Positions 1 through 13,645 of a stretch of 64,000 bases of DNA are shown here, one piece after another. The stretch is taken from the NCBI GenBank assembly GCA_040954595.2, contig CM082590.2, positions 6,882,001 to 6,946,000 on the forward strand, read 5' to 3'. Numbering within the stretch: the first letter of the stretch is position 1; each line of letters opens with the position of its first letter. The notes below the pieces were generated by a model that was not told where the DNA came from, searched no databases, and worked only from the letters and a program-made list of their open reading frames with translations. The DNA comes from Balanoglossus misakiensis. Taxonomy: Eukaryota > Animalia > Hemichordata. Made by a program: the position numbers and the translations under genes.

Positions 1-1808
1 ACATTCTCCGCAGCTAGGGGGTCTGGTCGCACCTTCTAGCTAGGTTAGAATTATCCACGCGCTACAATCTCTGTACGGAGATAGGTGCAGTCTATCAACG
101 TTTTACGCGGAAGATATGTACACGCGCGCAAATACGTACAGATTTTACTCAACTGATAGGATTTCTCAGTCATTCGGATGCAAAGAGATACTTCAGGCGC
201 TATCATAGTTGAGACTCGTTGAAACACAAAGTGATGGAAGTCAGTAGACTTTATTGCTACAGAAATGAAACAGGCGTTACAACACACAGTTGTCTGGAAG
301 TGTATATTGCATGTCTTAAAACACGAATTTACAGTTAGAGTTTTATAAGGACTGAAGAAACAAAACAAAAACGTAATTACTATTGTCCAATTTTAAAAGC
401 AAAAAAAAAAGATTTCTTGATCACTGAAATCAATTGTTTGGCAATTCTCCCAGTTTGTTATTTTGACACATTTATACTTGTACTTGCATATCTTGTACAA
501 CCCAGAAACAATGATTGAAAGTCCACCAAATTTTCACACAATTATTCATACTGACTAAATGCTCTCAAAATTGTCTCTTGGAATTTTCTGACTTTCTTAA
601 CCATTGTAATTATTTCAGTTTAACTACCTTTGACTTTCAAAATGGCCGCCAAATTTGACGTTCAAAAGGACTAGGCCTATGTGCTCTCAAAATTGTCTCT
701 TAGAAATTTTCTGACTTTCTTAACCATTTTTGTTTAACTAGACAAAAAAATTGATGGGTGATTGTAAAAAGAAATTGGTACCGCGTTCACTCCAAAATCA
801 GCAGCGCTCACGCCTCGGTATTCAAGGTCAAAACAGCCGACCGCACCATGACGTAGTCCGTCAATGCCCTTGTTTAGTAATAAAACTAAAACCGCTTCGC
901 AACTAATCGGGGCCGCTTCGTGTTGGATGTTTAAAATCTCAGTATCTTCGATCAATTTTCTTTATTTCCGATGCAAGTTTTAGTGCGCGTGTAGATATCT
1001 TCGTGAAACCGAATCGAGGCTAATCATAAATCGCATGGATGTTCAATTTTCCGCGTTGATGTCATGTAAATTTTTAAGCGCAAGTTTGACTTTAATTGTA
1101 GCGCAGATAATTTTCATCTCAAGTTTAATTTTTTCAGCAGATAACTTTTAACGCGCCGTGATATTTTTTAGTGGATAGACACGATCCGAATTTTTTTTGT
1201 AGTATTTACACAGTGCACTTTTTAGAATTTTCTTTTCTCAATACAGAAGCAGACGTGCTCGCGTACTTGAAAAAAATAAGTCTTACTAAAGAAAAAAATA
1301 GTAAGTCTTGGAAACAACTAAAGCAAAAATAATTTAAGAAGAAAAAAAGCAAGACATTGCTTTTGCTGTTTTGGGGGAACAAGGTCGGCCTCCGCCTTAC
1401 GGCGCTGGTTCTGGGGGCGAAGTCTGCCTCATGCCAGAGCGCCCGCACACGACTGATTATGAGTTTTCCCTTCAACGTTTACTTTGACCTCTGACCCATC
1501 AGAGTTCAAAATGGCTGCATGTATATTTGTGAAGGCTTTGCGTGCGGTCTGTTTCTTCTGTTCATGAATTTGTGCGTGATGTGTCCATGAAACGCTTCTG
1601 ACATGCTTTCAAATCTTGGATGAGCGTTGAGTGATAGAAGGGTAAGCTAGCTAACTTGGACTAGGGCCCGTGTTGTGCGTCAATTCACGCAAATTTTAGT
1701 CGGACTCTGCTTGTCCGTGGTGTGTACGTGTGTATGATTTCAGGTTGAGTTTTGCAAATGGTGACCTCCTACACTTCACTTGTAAAATGATCAAATTTAT
1801 TCTTGCAG

Positions 1809-1906
1809 GATTGGATGCTCTTGGGGATGAGATTGGACTGGATGACGATGCGATGTAACTTGATGCACCAGCAGAGCCTGGAGCAGACAGTGTGGCTACG
1901 AATAAG
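1809..1906 (+). pseudogene. CHMP5: CHMP5/Vps60 (ESCRT-III) penultimate-exon remnant with an in-frame stop
   Basis: Acceptor ttcttgcAG (1807-1808) and donor AAG|GTaaga (1907). Translates to LDALGDEIGLDDDAM*LDAPAEPGADSVATNK, resembling the CHMP5 C-terminal region recalled as [21 protein letters not shown]...TKNK. TAA at 1856-1858 sits where Tyr is expected. Confidence 0.75.
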
Positions 1907-2178
1907 GTAAGATATTGTCACTTTCCTTGAAATGATACATTTCCCATGTTAGTCCAAGTATAGGGGAAAAGTTTAATGTGCCGCTAGTATGGAGAAAATT
2001 AAGAGGAAGGATTTTTATCTGGTTGTTCGCTTCAGGAAGCTTTAATCTTCTTTTATTGCCCAGAATAACTTTTGATTTTCTCATAAAATTAAGGGGTCTT
2101 GCTAAAATTGTCTTGTATATTACATTCAAAATGGCTGCCAAATTTGAAGTTCAAAATGGCCGTCTACATCTATGCTAA

Positions 2179-2638
2179 TAGTCTCGGTTACCCAGACGCC
2201 TTTGCTTCTTCCGATGCTCTCCAGAAAAAGGGTCTGGGGAAATGCTATTGAAAGCTTTGTAAAACAAAATGGCCGATGTCAGGATTTTGATCATCGCCTG
2301 ATTGGCTGAGCTGTCAGTATGACCCGGGTCACTGACTCTCGACAATGTGTGATTATTTGTCGTATCTTCATATCAAGAGACCGGTACTTGTTGGTTGATG
2401 CGAAAGGCAAAAGGCGTCATCTGTTAGCATTGTTGGAGAAATTATATGAAGTATCTTTGGTAGACGATTGTCGAATCTATTGCAATGACCCGGGTCATAC
2501 TGACAGCTCAGCCAATCAGGCGATGATCAAAATCCTGACATCGGCCATTTTGTTTTACAAAGCTTTCAATAGCATTTCCCCAGACCCTTTTTCTGGAGAG
2601 CATCGGAAGAAGCAAAGGCGTCTGGGTAACCGAGACTA
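2179..2638. mobile_element. 460-bp non-autonomous DNA transposon (MITE) with 153-bp TIRs, TAG...CTA ends and a 9-bp TSD; Academ(H)-like or MULE-like
   Basis: TIRs at 2179-2331 and 2486-2638 (tagtctcggttacccagacgcc... / ...ggcgtctgggtaaccgagacta). TSD ctatgctaa at 2170-2178 and 2639-2647. The mirror arm has the empty site with one copy (cacttagcatagatgtagacg, ~23120-23140). The superfamily assignment is inference. Confidence 0.92.
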
Positions 2639-2841
2639 CTATGCTAAGTGTATGACATTCAAAATGGCCGCCAAATTTTAGGTTCAAAATGGCCGTCTAC
2701 ATCTGTGCTATGTCTATGGAGAAAAATTGAAGGAATTTTGTATCACTTTTCTGAAATTGTGTCCACTCTGTATAATAAAAGTGCCGTTTCTTTGAAAACA
2801 ATAATCTTGTTGGTGAAAATGTTTTGGCAGAGCCACTTCTC

Positions 2842-5800
2842 AATTTACATTTAGACTTGTTCATCAAGTTAATTTTAGACTTGTATCTCAAATTACTTTT
2901 AGACTTGTTTCTTAATTTAGTTTTAGACTTGTTTCGCAAATTAATTGTAGACTTGTTTCTCAAATTACTTTCAGACTTGTTCCCCAAATTAATTTTAGAC
3001 TTGTTTCGCAAATTAATTGTAGACTTGTTTCTCAAATTACTTTGAGACTTGTTTCTTAATTTAGTTTTAGACTTGTTTCGCAAATTAATTGTAGACTTGT
3101 TTCTCAAATTACTTTCAGACTTGTTCCCCAAATTAATTTTAGACTTGTTCTCCGAATTAATTTTAGACTTGTTCCTCAAATTACTTTGAGACTTGTTTCT
3201 TAATTTAGTTTTAGACTTGTTTCGCAAATTAATTGTAGACGTGTTTCTCAAATTACTTTCAGACTTGTTCCCCAAATTAATTTTAGACTTGTTCCCCAAA
3301 TTAATTGTAGACGTGTTTCTCAAATTACTTTCAGACTTGTTCCCCAAATTAATTTTAGACTTGTTCCCCAAATTAATTTTAGACTTGTTCCTCAAATTAC
3401 TTTTAGACTTGTTTCTTAATTTAGTTTTAGACTTGTTTCGCAAATTAATTGTAGACTTGTTTCTCAAATTACTTTTAGACTTGTTTCTTAATTTAGTTTT
3501 AGACTTGTTTCTCAAATTAATTGTAGACTTGTTTCTCAAATTACTTTTAGACTTGTTTCTTAATTTAGTTTTACACTTTTTTCTCAAATTAATTGTAGTC
3601 TTGTTTCTCAAATTAATTTTAGACTTGTTCTCCAAATTAATTTTAGACTTGTTCCCCAAATTAATTGTAGACGTGTTTCACAAATTACTTTCAGACTTGT
3701 TCCCCAAATTAATTTTAGACTTGTTCCCCAAATTAATTTTAGACTTGTTCCTCAAATTACTTTTAGACTTGTTTCTTAATTTAGTTTTAGACTTGTTTCG
3801 CAAATTAATCGTAGACTTGTTTCTCAAATTACTTTTAGACTTGTTTCTTAATTTAGTTTTAGACTTGTTTCTCAAATTAATTGTAGACTTGTTTCTCAAA
3901 TTACTTTTAGACTTGTTCCCCAAATTACTTTTAGACTTGTTCCTCAAATTACTTTTAGACTTGCTCCCCAAATTAGTTTTAGACTTGTTCCTCAAATTAA
4001 TTTTAGACTTGTTCTCCGAATTAATTTTAGACTTGTTCCTCAAATTACTTTGAGACTTGTTTCTTAATTTAGTTTTAGACTTGTTTCGCAAATTAATTGT
4101 AGACGTGTTTCTCAAATTACTTTCAGACTTGTTCCCCAAATTAATTTTAGACTTGTTCCCCAAATTAATTGTAGACGTGTTTCACAAATTACTTTCAGAC
4201 TTGTTCCCCAAATTAATTTTAGACTTGTTCCCCAAATTAATTTTAGACTTGTTCCTCAAATTACTTTTAGACTTGTTTCTTAATTTAGTTTTAGACTTGT
4301 TTCTCAAATTAATTGTAGACTTGTTTCTCAAATTACTTTTAGACTTGTTCTCCAAATTAATTTTAGACTTGTTCCCCAAATTGATTGTAGACTTGTTCCT
4401 CAAATTACTTTTAGACTTGTTTCTTAATTTAGTTTTAGACTTGTTCCCCAAATTAATTGTAGACTTGTTCCTCAAATTACTTTTAGACTTGTTCCCCAAA
4501 TTACTTTTAGACTTGTTCCTCAAATTACTTTTAGACTTGCTCCCCAAATTAGTTTTAGACTTGTTCCCCAAATTAATTGTAGACTTGTTCCTCAAATTAC
4601 TTTTAGACTTGTTTCTTAATTTAGTTTTAGACTTGTTCCTCAAATTAATTGTAGACTTGCTCCCCAAATTAGTTTTAGACTTGTTCCCCAAATTAATTGT
4701 AGACTTGTTCCCCAAATTACTTTTAGACTTGTTTCTTAATTTAGTTTTAGACTTGTTCCCCAAATTAATTGTAGACTTGTTCCCCAAATTACTTTTAGAC
4801 TTGTTTCTTAATTTAGTTTTAGACTTGTTCCCCAAATTAATTGTAGACTTGTTCCACAAATTACTTTTAGACTTGTTCCCCAAATTAATTGTAGACTTGT
4901 TTCTCAAATTACTTTTAGACTTGTTCCCCAAATTAATTGTAGACTTGTTCCCCAAATTAATTGTAGACTTGTTTCTCAAATTACTTTTAGACTTGTTTCT
5001 TAATTTAGTTTTACACTTTTTTCTCAAATTAATTGTAGTCTTGTTTCTCAAATTAATTTTAGACTTGTTTCTTAATTTAGTTTTACACTTTTTTCTCAAA
5101 TTGATTGTAGACTTGTTCCTCAAATTACTTTTAGACTTGTTTCTTAATTTAGTTTTAGACTTGTTCCCCAAATTAATTGTAGACTTGTTCCTCAAATTAA
5201 TTGTAGACTTGTTCCCCAAATTACTTTTAGACTTGTTCCCCAAATTAATTGTAGACTTGTTCCCCAAATTAATTGTAGACTTGTTCCTCAAATTACTTTT
5301 AGACTTGTTCCCCAAATTAATTGTAGACTTGTTCCCCAAATTAATTGTAGACTTGTTCCTCAAATTACTTTTAGACTTGTTTCTTAATTTAGTTTTAGAC
5401 TTGTTCCCCAAATTAATTGTAGACTTGTTCCTCAAATTACTTTTAGACTTGTTTCTTAATTTAGTTTTAGACTTGTTCCCCAAATTAATTGTAGACTTGT
5501 TCCTCAAATTACTTTTAGACTTGTTTCTTAATTTAGTTTTAGACTTGTTCCCCAAATTAATTGTAGACTTGTTCCTCAAATTAATTGTAGACTTGTTCCC
5601 CAAATTACTTTTAGACTTGTTCCCCAAATTAATTGTAGACTTGTTCCTCAAATTAATTGTAGACTTGTTCCTCAAATTACTTTTAGACTTGTTTCTTAAT
5701 TTAGTTTTAGACTTGTTCCCCAAATTAATTGTAGACTTGTTCCTCAAATTACTTTTAGACTTGTTTCTTAATTTAGTTTTAGACTTGTTCCCCAAATTAA

Positions 5801-8800
5801 TTGTAGACTTGTTCCCCAAATTACTTTTAGACTTGTTCCTCAAATTACTTTTAGACTTGCTCCCCAAATTAGTTTTAGACTTGTTCCCCAAATTAATTGT
5901 AGACTTGTTCCTCAAATTACTTTTAGACTTGTTTCTTAATTTAGTTTTAGACTTGTTCCTCAAATTAATTTTAGACTTGTTCTCCGAATTAATTTTAGAC
6001 TTGTTCCTCAAATTACTTTGAGACTTGTTTCTTAATTTAGTTTTAGACTTGTTTCGCAAATTAATTGTAGACGTGTTTCTCAAATTACTTTCAGACTTGT
6101 TCCCCAAATTAATTTTAGACGTGTTTCTCAAATTACTTTCAGACTTGTTCCCCAAATTAATTTTAGACTTGTTCCCCAAATTAATTTTAGACTTGTTCCC
6201 CAAATTAATTGTAGACTTGTTCCCCAAATTAATTGTAGACTTGTTCCCCAAATTACTTTTAGACTTGTTCCCCAAATTAATTTCAGACTTGTTCCCCAAA
6301 TTAATTGTAGACGTGTTTCTCAAATTACTTTCAGACTTGTTCCCCAAATTAATTTTAGACTTGTTCCCCAAATTAATTTTAGACTTGTTCCCCAAATTAC
6401 TTTTAGACTTGTTCCCCAAATTAATTGTAGACGTGTTTCTCAAATTACTTTCAGACTTGTTCCCCAAATTAATTTTAGACTTGTTCCCCAAATTAATTTT
6501 AGACTTGTTCCCCAAATTAATTGTAGACTTGTTCCCCAAATTAATTGTAGACTTGTTCCCCAAATTACTTTTAGACTTGTTCCCCAAATTAATTGTTTCT
6601 TAATTTAGTTTTAGACTTGTTCCTCAAATTAATTTTAGACTTGTTCTCCGAATTAATTTTAGACTTGTTCCTCAAATTACTTTGAGACTTGTTCCTCAAA
6701 TTACTTTTAGACTTGCTCCCCAAATTAGTTTTAGACTTGTTCCCCAAATTAATTGTAGACTTGTTCCCCAAATTAATTGTAGACTTGTTCCCCAAATTAC
6801 TTTTAGACTTGTTCCCCAAATTAATTTCAGACTTGTTCCCCAAATTAATTGTAGACGTGTTTCTCAAATTACTTTCAGACTTGTTCCCCAAATTAATTTT
6901 AGACTTGTTCCCCAAATTAATTTTAGACTTGTTCCCCAAATTAATTGTAGACTTGTTCCCCAAATTAATTGTAGACTTGTTCCCCAAATTACTTTTAGAC
7001 TTGTTCCCCAAATTAATTGTAGGCTTGTTTCTTAATTTAGTTTTAGACTTGTTCCTCAAATTAATTTTAGACTTGTTCTCCGAATTAATTTTAGACTTGT
7101 TCCTCAAATTACTTTGAGACTTGTTCCTCAAATTACTTTTAGACTTGCTCCCCAAATTAGTTTTAGACTTGTTCCCCAAATTAATTGTAGACTTGTTCCT
7201 CAAATTACTTTTAGACTTGTTTCTTAATTTAGTTTTAGACTTGTTCCTCAAATTAATTGTAGACTTGCTCCCCAAATTAGTTTTAGACTTGTTCCCCAAA
7301 TTAATTGTAGACTTGTTCCCCAAATTACTTTTAGACTTGTTTCTTAATTTAGTTTTAGACTTGTTCCCCAAATTAATTGTAGACTTGTTCCCCAAATTAC
7401 TTTTAGACTTGTTTCTTAATTTAGTTTTAGACTTGTTCCCCAAATTAATTGTAGACTTATTCCTCAAATTACTTTTAGACTCGTTTCTTAATTTAGTTTT
7501 AGACTTGTTCCCCAAATTAATTGTAGACTTGTTCCTCAAATTAATTGTAGACTTGTTCCTCAAATTAATTGTAGACTTGTTCCCCAAATTACTTTTAGAC
7601 TTGTTCCCCAAATTAATTTTAGACTTGTTCCCCAAATTAATTTTAGACTTGTTCCCCAAATTAATTGTAGACTTGTTCCCCAAATTAATTGTAGACTTGT
7701 TCCCCAAATTACTTTTAGACTTGTTCCCCAAATTAATTGTAGGCTTGTTTCTTAATTTAGTTTTAGACTTGTTCCTCAAATTAATTTTAGACTTGTTCTC
7801 CGAATTAATTTTAGACTTGTTCCTCAAATTACTTTGAGACTTGTTCCTCAAATTACTTTTAGACTTGCTCCCCAAATTAGTTTTAGACTTGTTCCCCAAA
7901 TTAATTGTAGACTTGTTCCTCAAATTACTTTTAGACTTGTTTCTTAATTTAGTTTTAGACTTGTTCCTCAAATTAATTGTAGACTTGCTCCCCAAATTAG
8001 TTTTAGACTTGTTCCCCAAATTAATTGTAGACTTGTTCCCCAAATTACTTTTAGACTTGTTTCTTAATTTAGTTTTAGACTTGTTCCCCAAATTAATTGT
8101 AGACTTGTTCCCCAAATTACTTTTAGACTTGTTTCTTAATTTAGTTTTAGACTTGTTCCCCAAATTAATTGTAGACTTGTTCCCCAAATTACTTTTAGAC
8201 TTGTTCCCCAAATTAATTGTAGGCTTGTTTCTTAATTTAGTTTTAGACTTGTTCCTCAAATTAATTTTAGACTTGTTCTCCGAATTAATTTTAGACTTGT
8301 TCCTCAAATTACTTTGAGACTTGTTCCTCAAATTACTTTTAGACTTGCTCCCCAAATTAGTTTTAGACTTGTTCCCCAAATTAATTGTAGACTTGTTCCT
8401 CAAATTACTTTTAGACTTGTTTCTTAATTTAGTTTTAGACTTGTTCCTCAAATTAATTGTAGACTTGCTCCCCAAATTAGTTTTAGACTTGTTCCCCAAA
8501 TTAATTGTAGACTTGTTCCCCAAATTACTTTTAGACTTGTTTCTTAATTTAGTTTTAGACTTGTTCCCCAAATTAATTGTAGACTTGTTCCCCAAATTAC
8601 TTTTAGACTTGTTTCTTAATTTAGTTTTAGACTTGTTCCCCAAATTAATTGTAGACTTGTTCCTCAAATTAATTGTAGACTTGTTCCTCAAATTAATTGT
8701 AGACTTGTTCCCCAAATTACTTTTAGACTTGTTCCCCAAATTAATTGTAGACTTGTTCCCCAAATTAATTGTAGACTTGTTTCTCAAATTACTTTTAGAC

Positions 8801-11800
8801 TTGTTCCCCAAATTAATTGTAGACTTGTTCCCCAAATTAATTGTAGACTTGTTTCTCAAATTACTTTTAGACTTGTTCCCCAAATTAATTGTAGACTTGT
8901 TCCCCAAATTAATTGTAGACTTGTTCCTCAAATTACTTTGAGACTTGTTTCTTAATTTAGTTTTAGACTTGTTTCGCAAATTAATTGTAGACGTGTTTCT
9001 CAAATTACTTTCAGACTTGTTCCCCAAATTAATTTTAGACGTGTTTCTCAAATTACTTTCAGACTTGTTCCCCAAATTAATTTTAGACTTGTTCCCCAAA
9101 TTAATTTTAGACTTGTTCCCCAAATTAATTGTAGACTTGTTCCCCAAATTAATTGTAGACTTGTTCCCCAAATTACTTTTAGACTTGTTCCCCAAATTAA
9201 TTTCAGACTTGTTCCCCAAATTAATTGTAGACGTGTTTCTCAAATTACTTTCAGACTTGTTCCCCAAATTAATTTTAGACTTGTTCCCCAAATTAATTTT
9301 AGACTTGTTCCCCAAATTACTTTTAGACTTGTTCCCCAAATTAATTGTAGACGTGTTTCTCAAATTACTTTCAGACTTGTTCCCCAAATTAATTTTAGAC
9401 TTGTTCCCCAAATTAATTTTAGACTTGTTCCCCAAATTAATTGTAGACTTGTTCCCCAAATTAATTGTAGACTTGTTCCCCAAATTACTTTTAGACTTGT
9501 TCCCCAAATTAATTGTTTCTTAATTTAGTTTTAGACTTGTTCCTCAAATTAATTTTAGACTTGTTCTCCGAATTAATTTTAGACTTGTTCCTCAAATTAC
9601 TTTGAGACTTGTTCCTCAAATTACTTTTAGACTTGCTCCCCAAATTAGTTTTAGACTTGTTCCCCAAATTAATTGTAGACTTGTTCCCCAAATTAATTGT
9701 AGACTTGTTCCCCAAATTACTTTTAGACTTGTTCCCCAAATTAATTTCAGACTTGTTCCCCAAATTAATTGTAGACGTGTTTCTCAAATTACTTTCAGAC
9801 TTGTTCCCCAAATTAATTTTAGACTTGTTCCCCAAATTAATTTTAGACTTGTTCCCCAAATTAATTGTAGACTTGTTCCCCAAATTAATTGTAGACTTGT
9901 TCCCCAAATTACTTTTAGACTTGTTCCCCAAATTAATTGTAGGCTTGTTTCTTAATTTAGTTTTAGACTTGTTCCTCAAATTAATTTTAGACTTGTTCTC
10001 CGAATTAATTTTAGACTTGTTCCTCAAATTACTTTGAGACTTGTTCCTCAAATTACTTTTAGACTTGCTCCCCAAATTAGTTTTAGACTTGTTCCCCAAA
10101 TTAATTGTAGACTTGTTCCTCAAATTACTTTTAGACTTGTTTCTTAATTTAGTTTTAGACTTGTTCCTCAAATTAATTGTAGACTTGCTCCCCAAATTAG
10201 TTTTAGACTTGTTCCCCAAATTAATTGTAGACTTGTTCCCCAAATTACTTTTAGACTTGTTTCTTAATTTAGTTTTAGACTTGTTCCCCAAATTAATTGT
10301 AGACTTGTTCCCCAAATTACTTTTAGACTTGTTTCTTAATTTAGTTTTAGACTTGTTCCCCAAATTAATTGTAGACTTATTCCTCAAATTACTTTTAGAC
10401 TCGTTTCTTAATTTAGTTTTAGACTTGTTCCCCAAATTAATTGTAGACTTGTTCCTCAAATTAATTGTAGACTTGTTCCTCAAATTAATTGTAGACTTGT
10501 TCCCCAAATTACTTTTAGACTTGTTCCCCAAATTAATTTTAGACTTGTTCCCCAAATTAATTTTAGACTTGTTCCCCAAATTAATTGTAGACTTGTTCCC
10601 CAAATTAATTGTAGACTTGTTCCCCAAATTACTTTTAGACTTGTTCCCCAAATTAATTGTAGGCTTGTTTCTTAATTTAGTTTTAGACTTGTTCCTCAAA
10701 TTAATTTTAGACTTGTTCTCCGAATTACTTTTAGACTTGTTTCTTAATTTAGTTTTAGACTTGTTCCTCAAATTAATTGTAGACTTGCTCCCCAAATTAG
10801 TTTTAGACTTGTTCCCCAAATTAATTGTAGACTTGTTCCCCAAATTACTTTTAGACTTGTTCCCCAAATTACTTTTAGACTTGTTTCTTAATTTAGTTTT
10901 AGACTTGTTCCCCAAATTAATTGTAGACTTGTTCCCCAAATTACTTTTAGACTTGTTTCTTAATTTAGTTTTAGACTTGTTCCCCAAATTAATTGTAGAC
11001 TTGTTCCCCAAATTACTTTTAGACTTGTTCCCCAAATTAATTGTAGGCTTGTTTCTTAATTTAGTTTTAGACTTGTTCCTCAAATTAATTTTAGACTTGT
11101 TCTCCGAATTAATTTTAGACTTGTTCCTCAAATTACTTTGAGACTTGTTCCTCAAATTACTTTTAGACTTGCTCCCCAAATTAGTTTTAGACTTGTTCCC
11201 CAAATTAATTGTAGACTTGTTCCTCAAATTACTTTTAGACTTGTTTCTTAATTTAGTTTTAGACTTGTTCCTCAAATTAATTGTAGACTTGTTCCTCAAA
11301 TTACTTTTAGACTTGTTTCTTAATTTAGTTTTACACTTGTTCCCCAAATTAATTGTAGACTTGTTCCTCAAATTAATTGTAGACTTGTTCCTCAAATTAA
11401 TTGTAGACTTGTTCCCCAAATTACTTTTAGACTTGTTCCCCAAATTAATTGTAGACTTGTTCCCCAAATTAATTGTAGACTTGTTCCTCAAATTAATTGT
11501 AGACTTGTTCCCCAAATTACTTTTAGACTTGTTCCCCAAATTAATTGTAGACTTGTTCCCCAAATTAATTGTAGACTTGTTTCTCAAATTACTTTTAGAC
11601 TTGTTCCCCAAATTAATTGTAGACTTGTTCCCCAAATTAATTGTAGACTTGTTTCTCAAATTACTTTTAGACTTGTTCCCCAAATTAATTGTAGACTTGT
11701 TCCCCAAATTAATTGTAGACTTGTTCCTCAAATTACTTTTAGACTTGTTCCCCAAATTAATTGTAGACTTGTTCCCCAAATTAATTGTAGACTTGTTCCT

Positions 11801-13300
11801 CAAATTACTTTTAGACTTGTTTCTTAATTTAGTTTTAGACTTGTTCCCCAAATTAATTGTAGACTTGTTTCTTAATTTAGCTTTAGACTTGTTCCTCAAA
11901 TTACTTTGAGACTTGTTCCTCAAATTACTTTTAGACTTGCTCCCCAAATTAGTTTTAGACTTGTTCCCCAAATTAATTGTAGACTTGTTCCTCAAATTAC
12001 TTTTAGACTTGTTTCTTAATTTAGTTTTAGACTTGTTCCTCAAATTAATTGTAGACTTGTTCCTCAAATTACTTTTAGACTTGTTTCTTAATTTAGTTTT
12101 ACACTTGTTCCCCAAATTAATTGTAGACTTGTTCCTCAAATTAATTGTAGACTTGTTCCTCAAATTAATTGTAGACTTGTTCCCCAAATTACTTTTAGAC
12201 TTGTTCCCCAAATTAATTGTAGACTTGTTCCCCAAATTAATTGTAGACTTGTTCCTCAAATTAATTGTAGACTTGTTCCCCAAATTACTTTTAGACTTGT
12301 TCCCCAAATTAATTGTAGACTTGTTCCCCAAATTAATTGTAGACTTGTTTCTCAAATTACTTTTAGACTTGTTCCCCAAATTAATTGTAGACTTGTTCCC
12401 CAAATTAATTGTAGACTTGTTTCTCAAATTACTTTTAGACTTGTTCCCCAAATTAATTGTAGACTTGTTCCCCAAATTAATTGTAGACTTGTTCCTCAAA
12501 TTACTTTTAGACTTGTTCCCCAAATTAATTGTAGACTTGTTCCCCAAATTAATTGTAGACTTGTTCCTCAAATTACTTTTAGACTTGTTTCTTAATTTAG
12601 TTTTAGACTTGTTCCCCAAATTAATTGTAGACTTGTTTCTTAATTTAGCTTTAGACTTGTTCCTCAAATTACTTTTAGACTTGTTTCTTAATTTAGTTTT
12701 AGACTTGTTCCCCAAATTAATTGTAGACTTGTTTCTTAATTTAGCTTTAGACTTGTTCCTCAAATTACTTTTAGACTTGTTTCTTAATTTAGTTTTAGAC
12801 TTGTTCCCCAAATTAATTGTAGACTTGTTCCTCAAATTACTTTTAGACTTGTTTCTTAATTTAGTTTTAGACTTGTTCCCCAAATTAATTGTAGACTTGT
12901 TCCCCAAATTACTTTTAGACTTGTTCCCCAAATTACTTGTAGGCTTGTTTCTTAATTTAGTTTTAGACTTGTTCCTCAAATTAATTTGAGACTTGTTCCT
13001 CAAATTACTTTTAGACTTGCTCCCCAAATTAGTTTTAGACTTGTTCCCCAAATTAATTGTAGACTTGTTCCCCAAATTACTTTTAGAGTTGTTCCCCAAA
13101 TTAATTGTAGGCTTGTTTCTTAATTTAGTTTTAGACTTGTTCCTCAAATTAATTTGAGACTTGTTTCTTAATTTAGTTTTAGACTTGTTCCCCAAATTAA
13201 TTGTAGGCTTGTTTCTTAATTTAGTTTAGACTTGTTCCCTAAATTACTTTTAGACTTTTGCAGAGCCACTTGTTTCACAAATTACTTTTAGACTTGTTTT
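2842..13300. repeat. 24-bp satellite array (~435 units), consensus AGACTTGTTCCCCAAATTAATTGT with discrete variants and higher-order duplications
   Basis: Direct tandem periodicity of 24 nt with recurring variants (ttactttt, cttaatttagtttt, ttaatttt). An identical 8-bp-deletion marker at ~6595 and ~9515 marks a 2920-bp higher-order duplication. Confidence 0.98.
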
Positions 13301-13338
13301 TCATTTTACAATATGACACGTCTCTTGTTTTTTCACAG

Positions 13339-13564
13339 GTATCAGATATGTGGGCCATACCACAACAGAGAAGGTACTACACAGCTTTCACGCTTGGAGA
13401 ATACAGCTGCTTGATTTGAATTTGTGACATTTTGATATGCACTGTCTTTGGATTTCTACTTTACACTCAACCATTTTTTTTGAAAGACTGTTTTTACAAG
13501 TAGTTTGTATTATCATCCATCAAACTTCATTTTACAGTTCAGTTATGATTGTAGATAAAATAAA
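13339..13564 (+). other. Possible orphan terminal exon plus 3'UTR of an unidentified gene
   Basis: Strong acceptor ctcttgtttttttcacAG (13337-13338), a short open frame VSDMWAIPQQRRYYTAFTLGEYSCLI* (stop 13417-13419) and AATAAA at 13559-13564. No homology recognised. Confidence 0.3.
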
Positions 13565-13645
13565 ATTGACTGCATACAGACATTTTACTGTGTATTGTTT
13601 ATTAATCAACAGTACTCTTTTTATATAATAACATTACATTTACAC

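Larger units (their letters stand above)
1..2710. repeat. Left unique arm of a giant inverted repeat (partner 23060-24990); probably extends beyond the window start
   Basis: Base 1 'acattctccgcagctagggggtctgg' is the reverse complement of the sequence ending at 24990, and 'ccgtctacatctgtgcta' (to 2710) is the reverse complement of the sequence from 23060. ORFs are mirrored (734-955 minus vs 24294-24515 plus; 1896-2141 minus vs 23160-23405 plus). Left-only segments: ~110-387, ~1005-1067 and the MITE at 2179-2638. Confidence 0.95.

Noticed and set aside
636-2700. Repeated TTCAAAATGGCCGCC (YY1-like) motifs in the arm
   Set aside because: They are short internal repeats of the repeat module with no independent evidence of promoter function.
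2697-13195. Very long ORFs on both strands (NLGNKSTI and DLFPKLIV repeats, up to 1228 aa)
   Set aside because: These are a by-product of a 24-nt unit lacking stops in two frames. Starts are mostly TTG rather than ATG, frames are broken by 8-bp deletions, and the sister array is full of TAA variants. They are not LRR or other real proteins.
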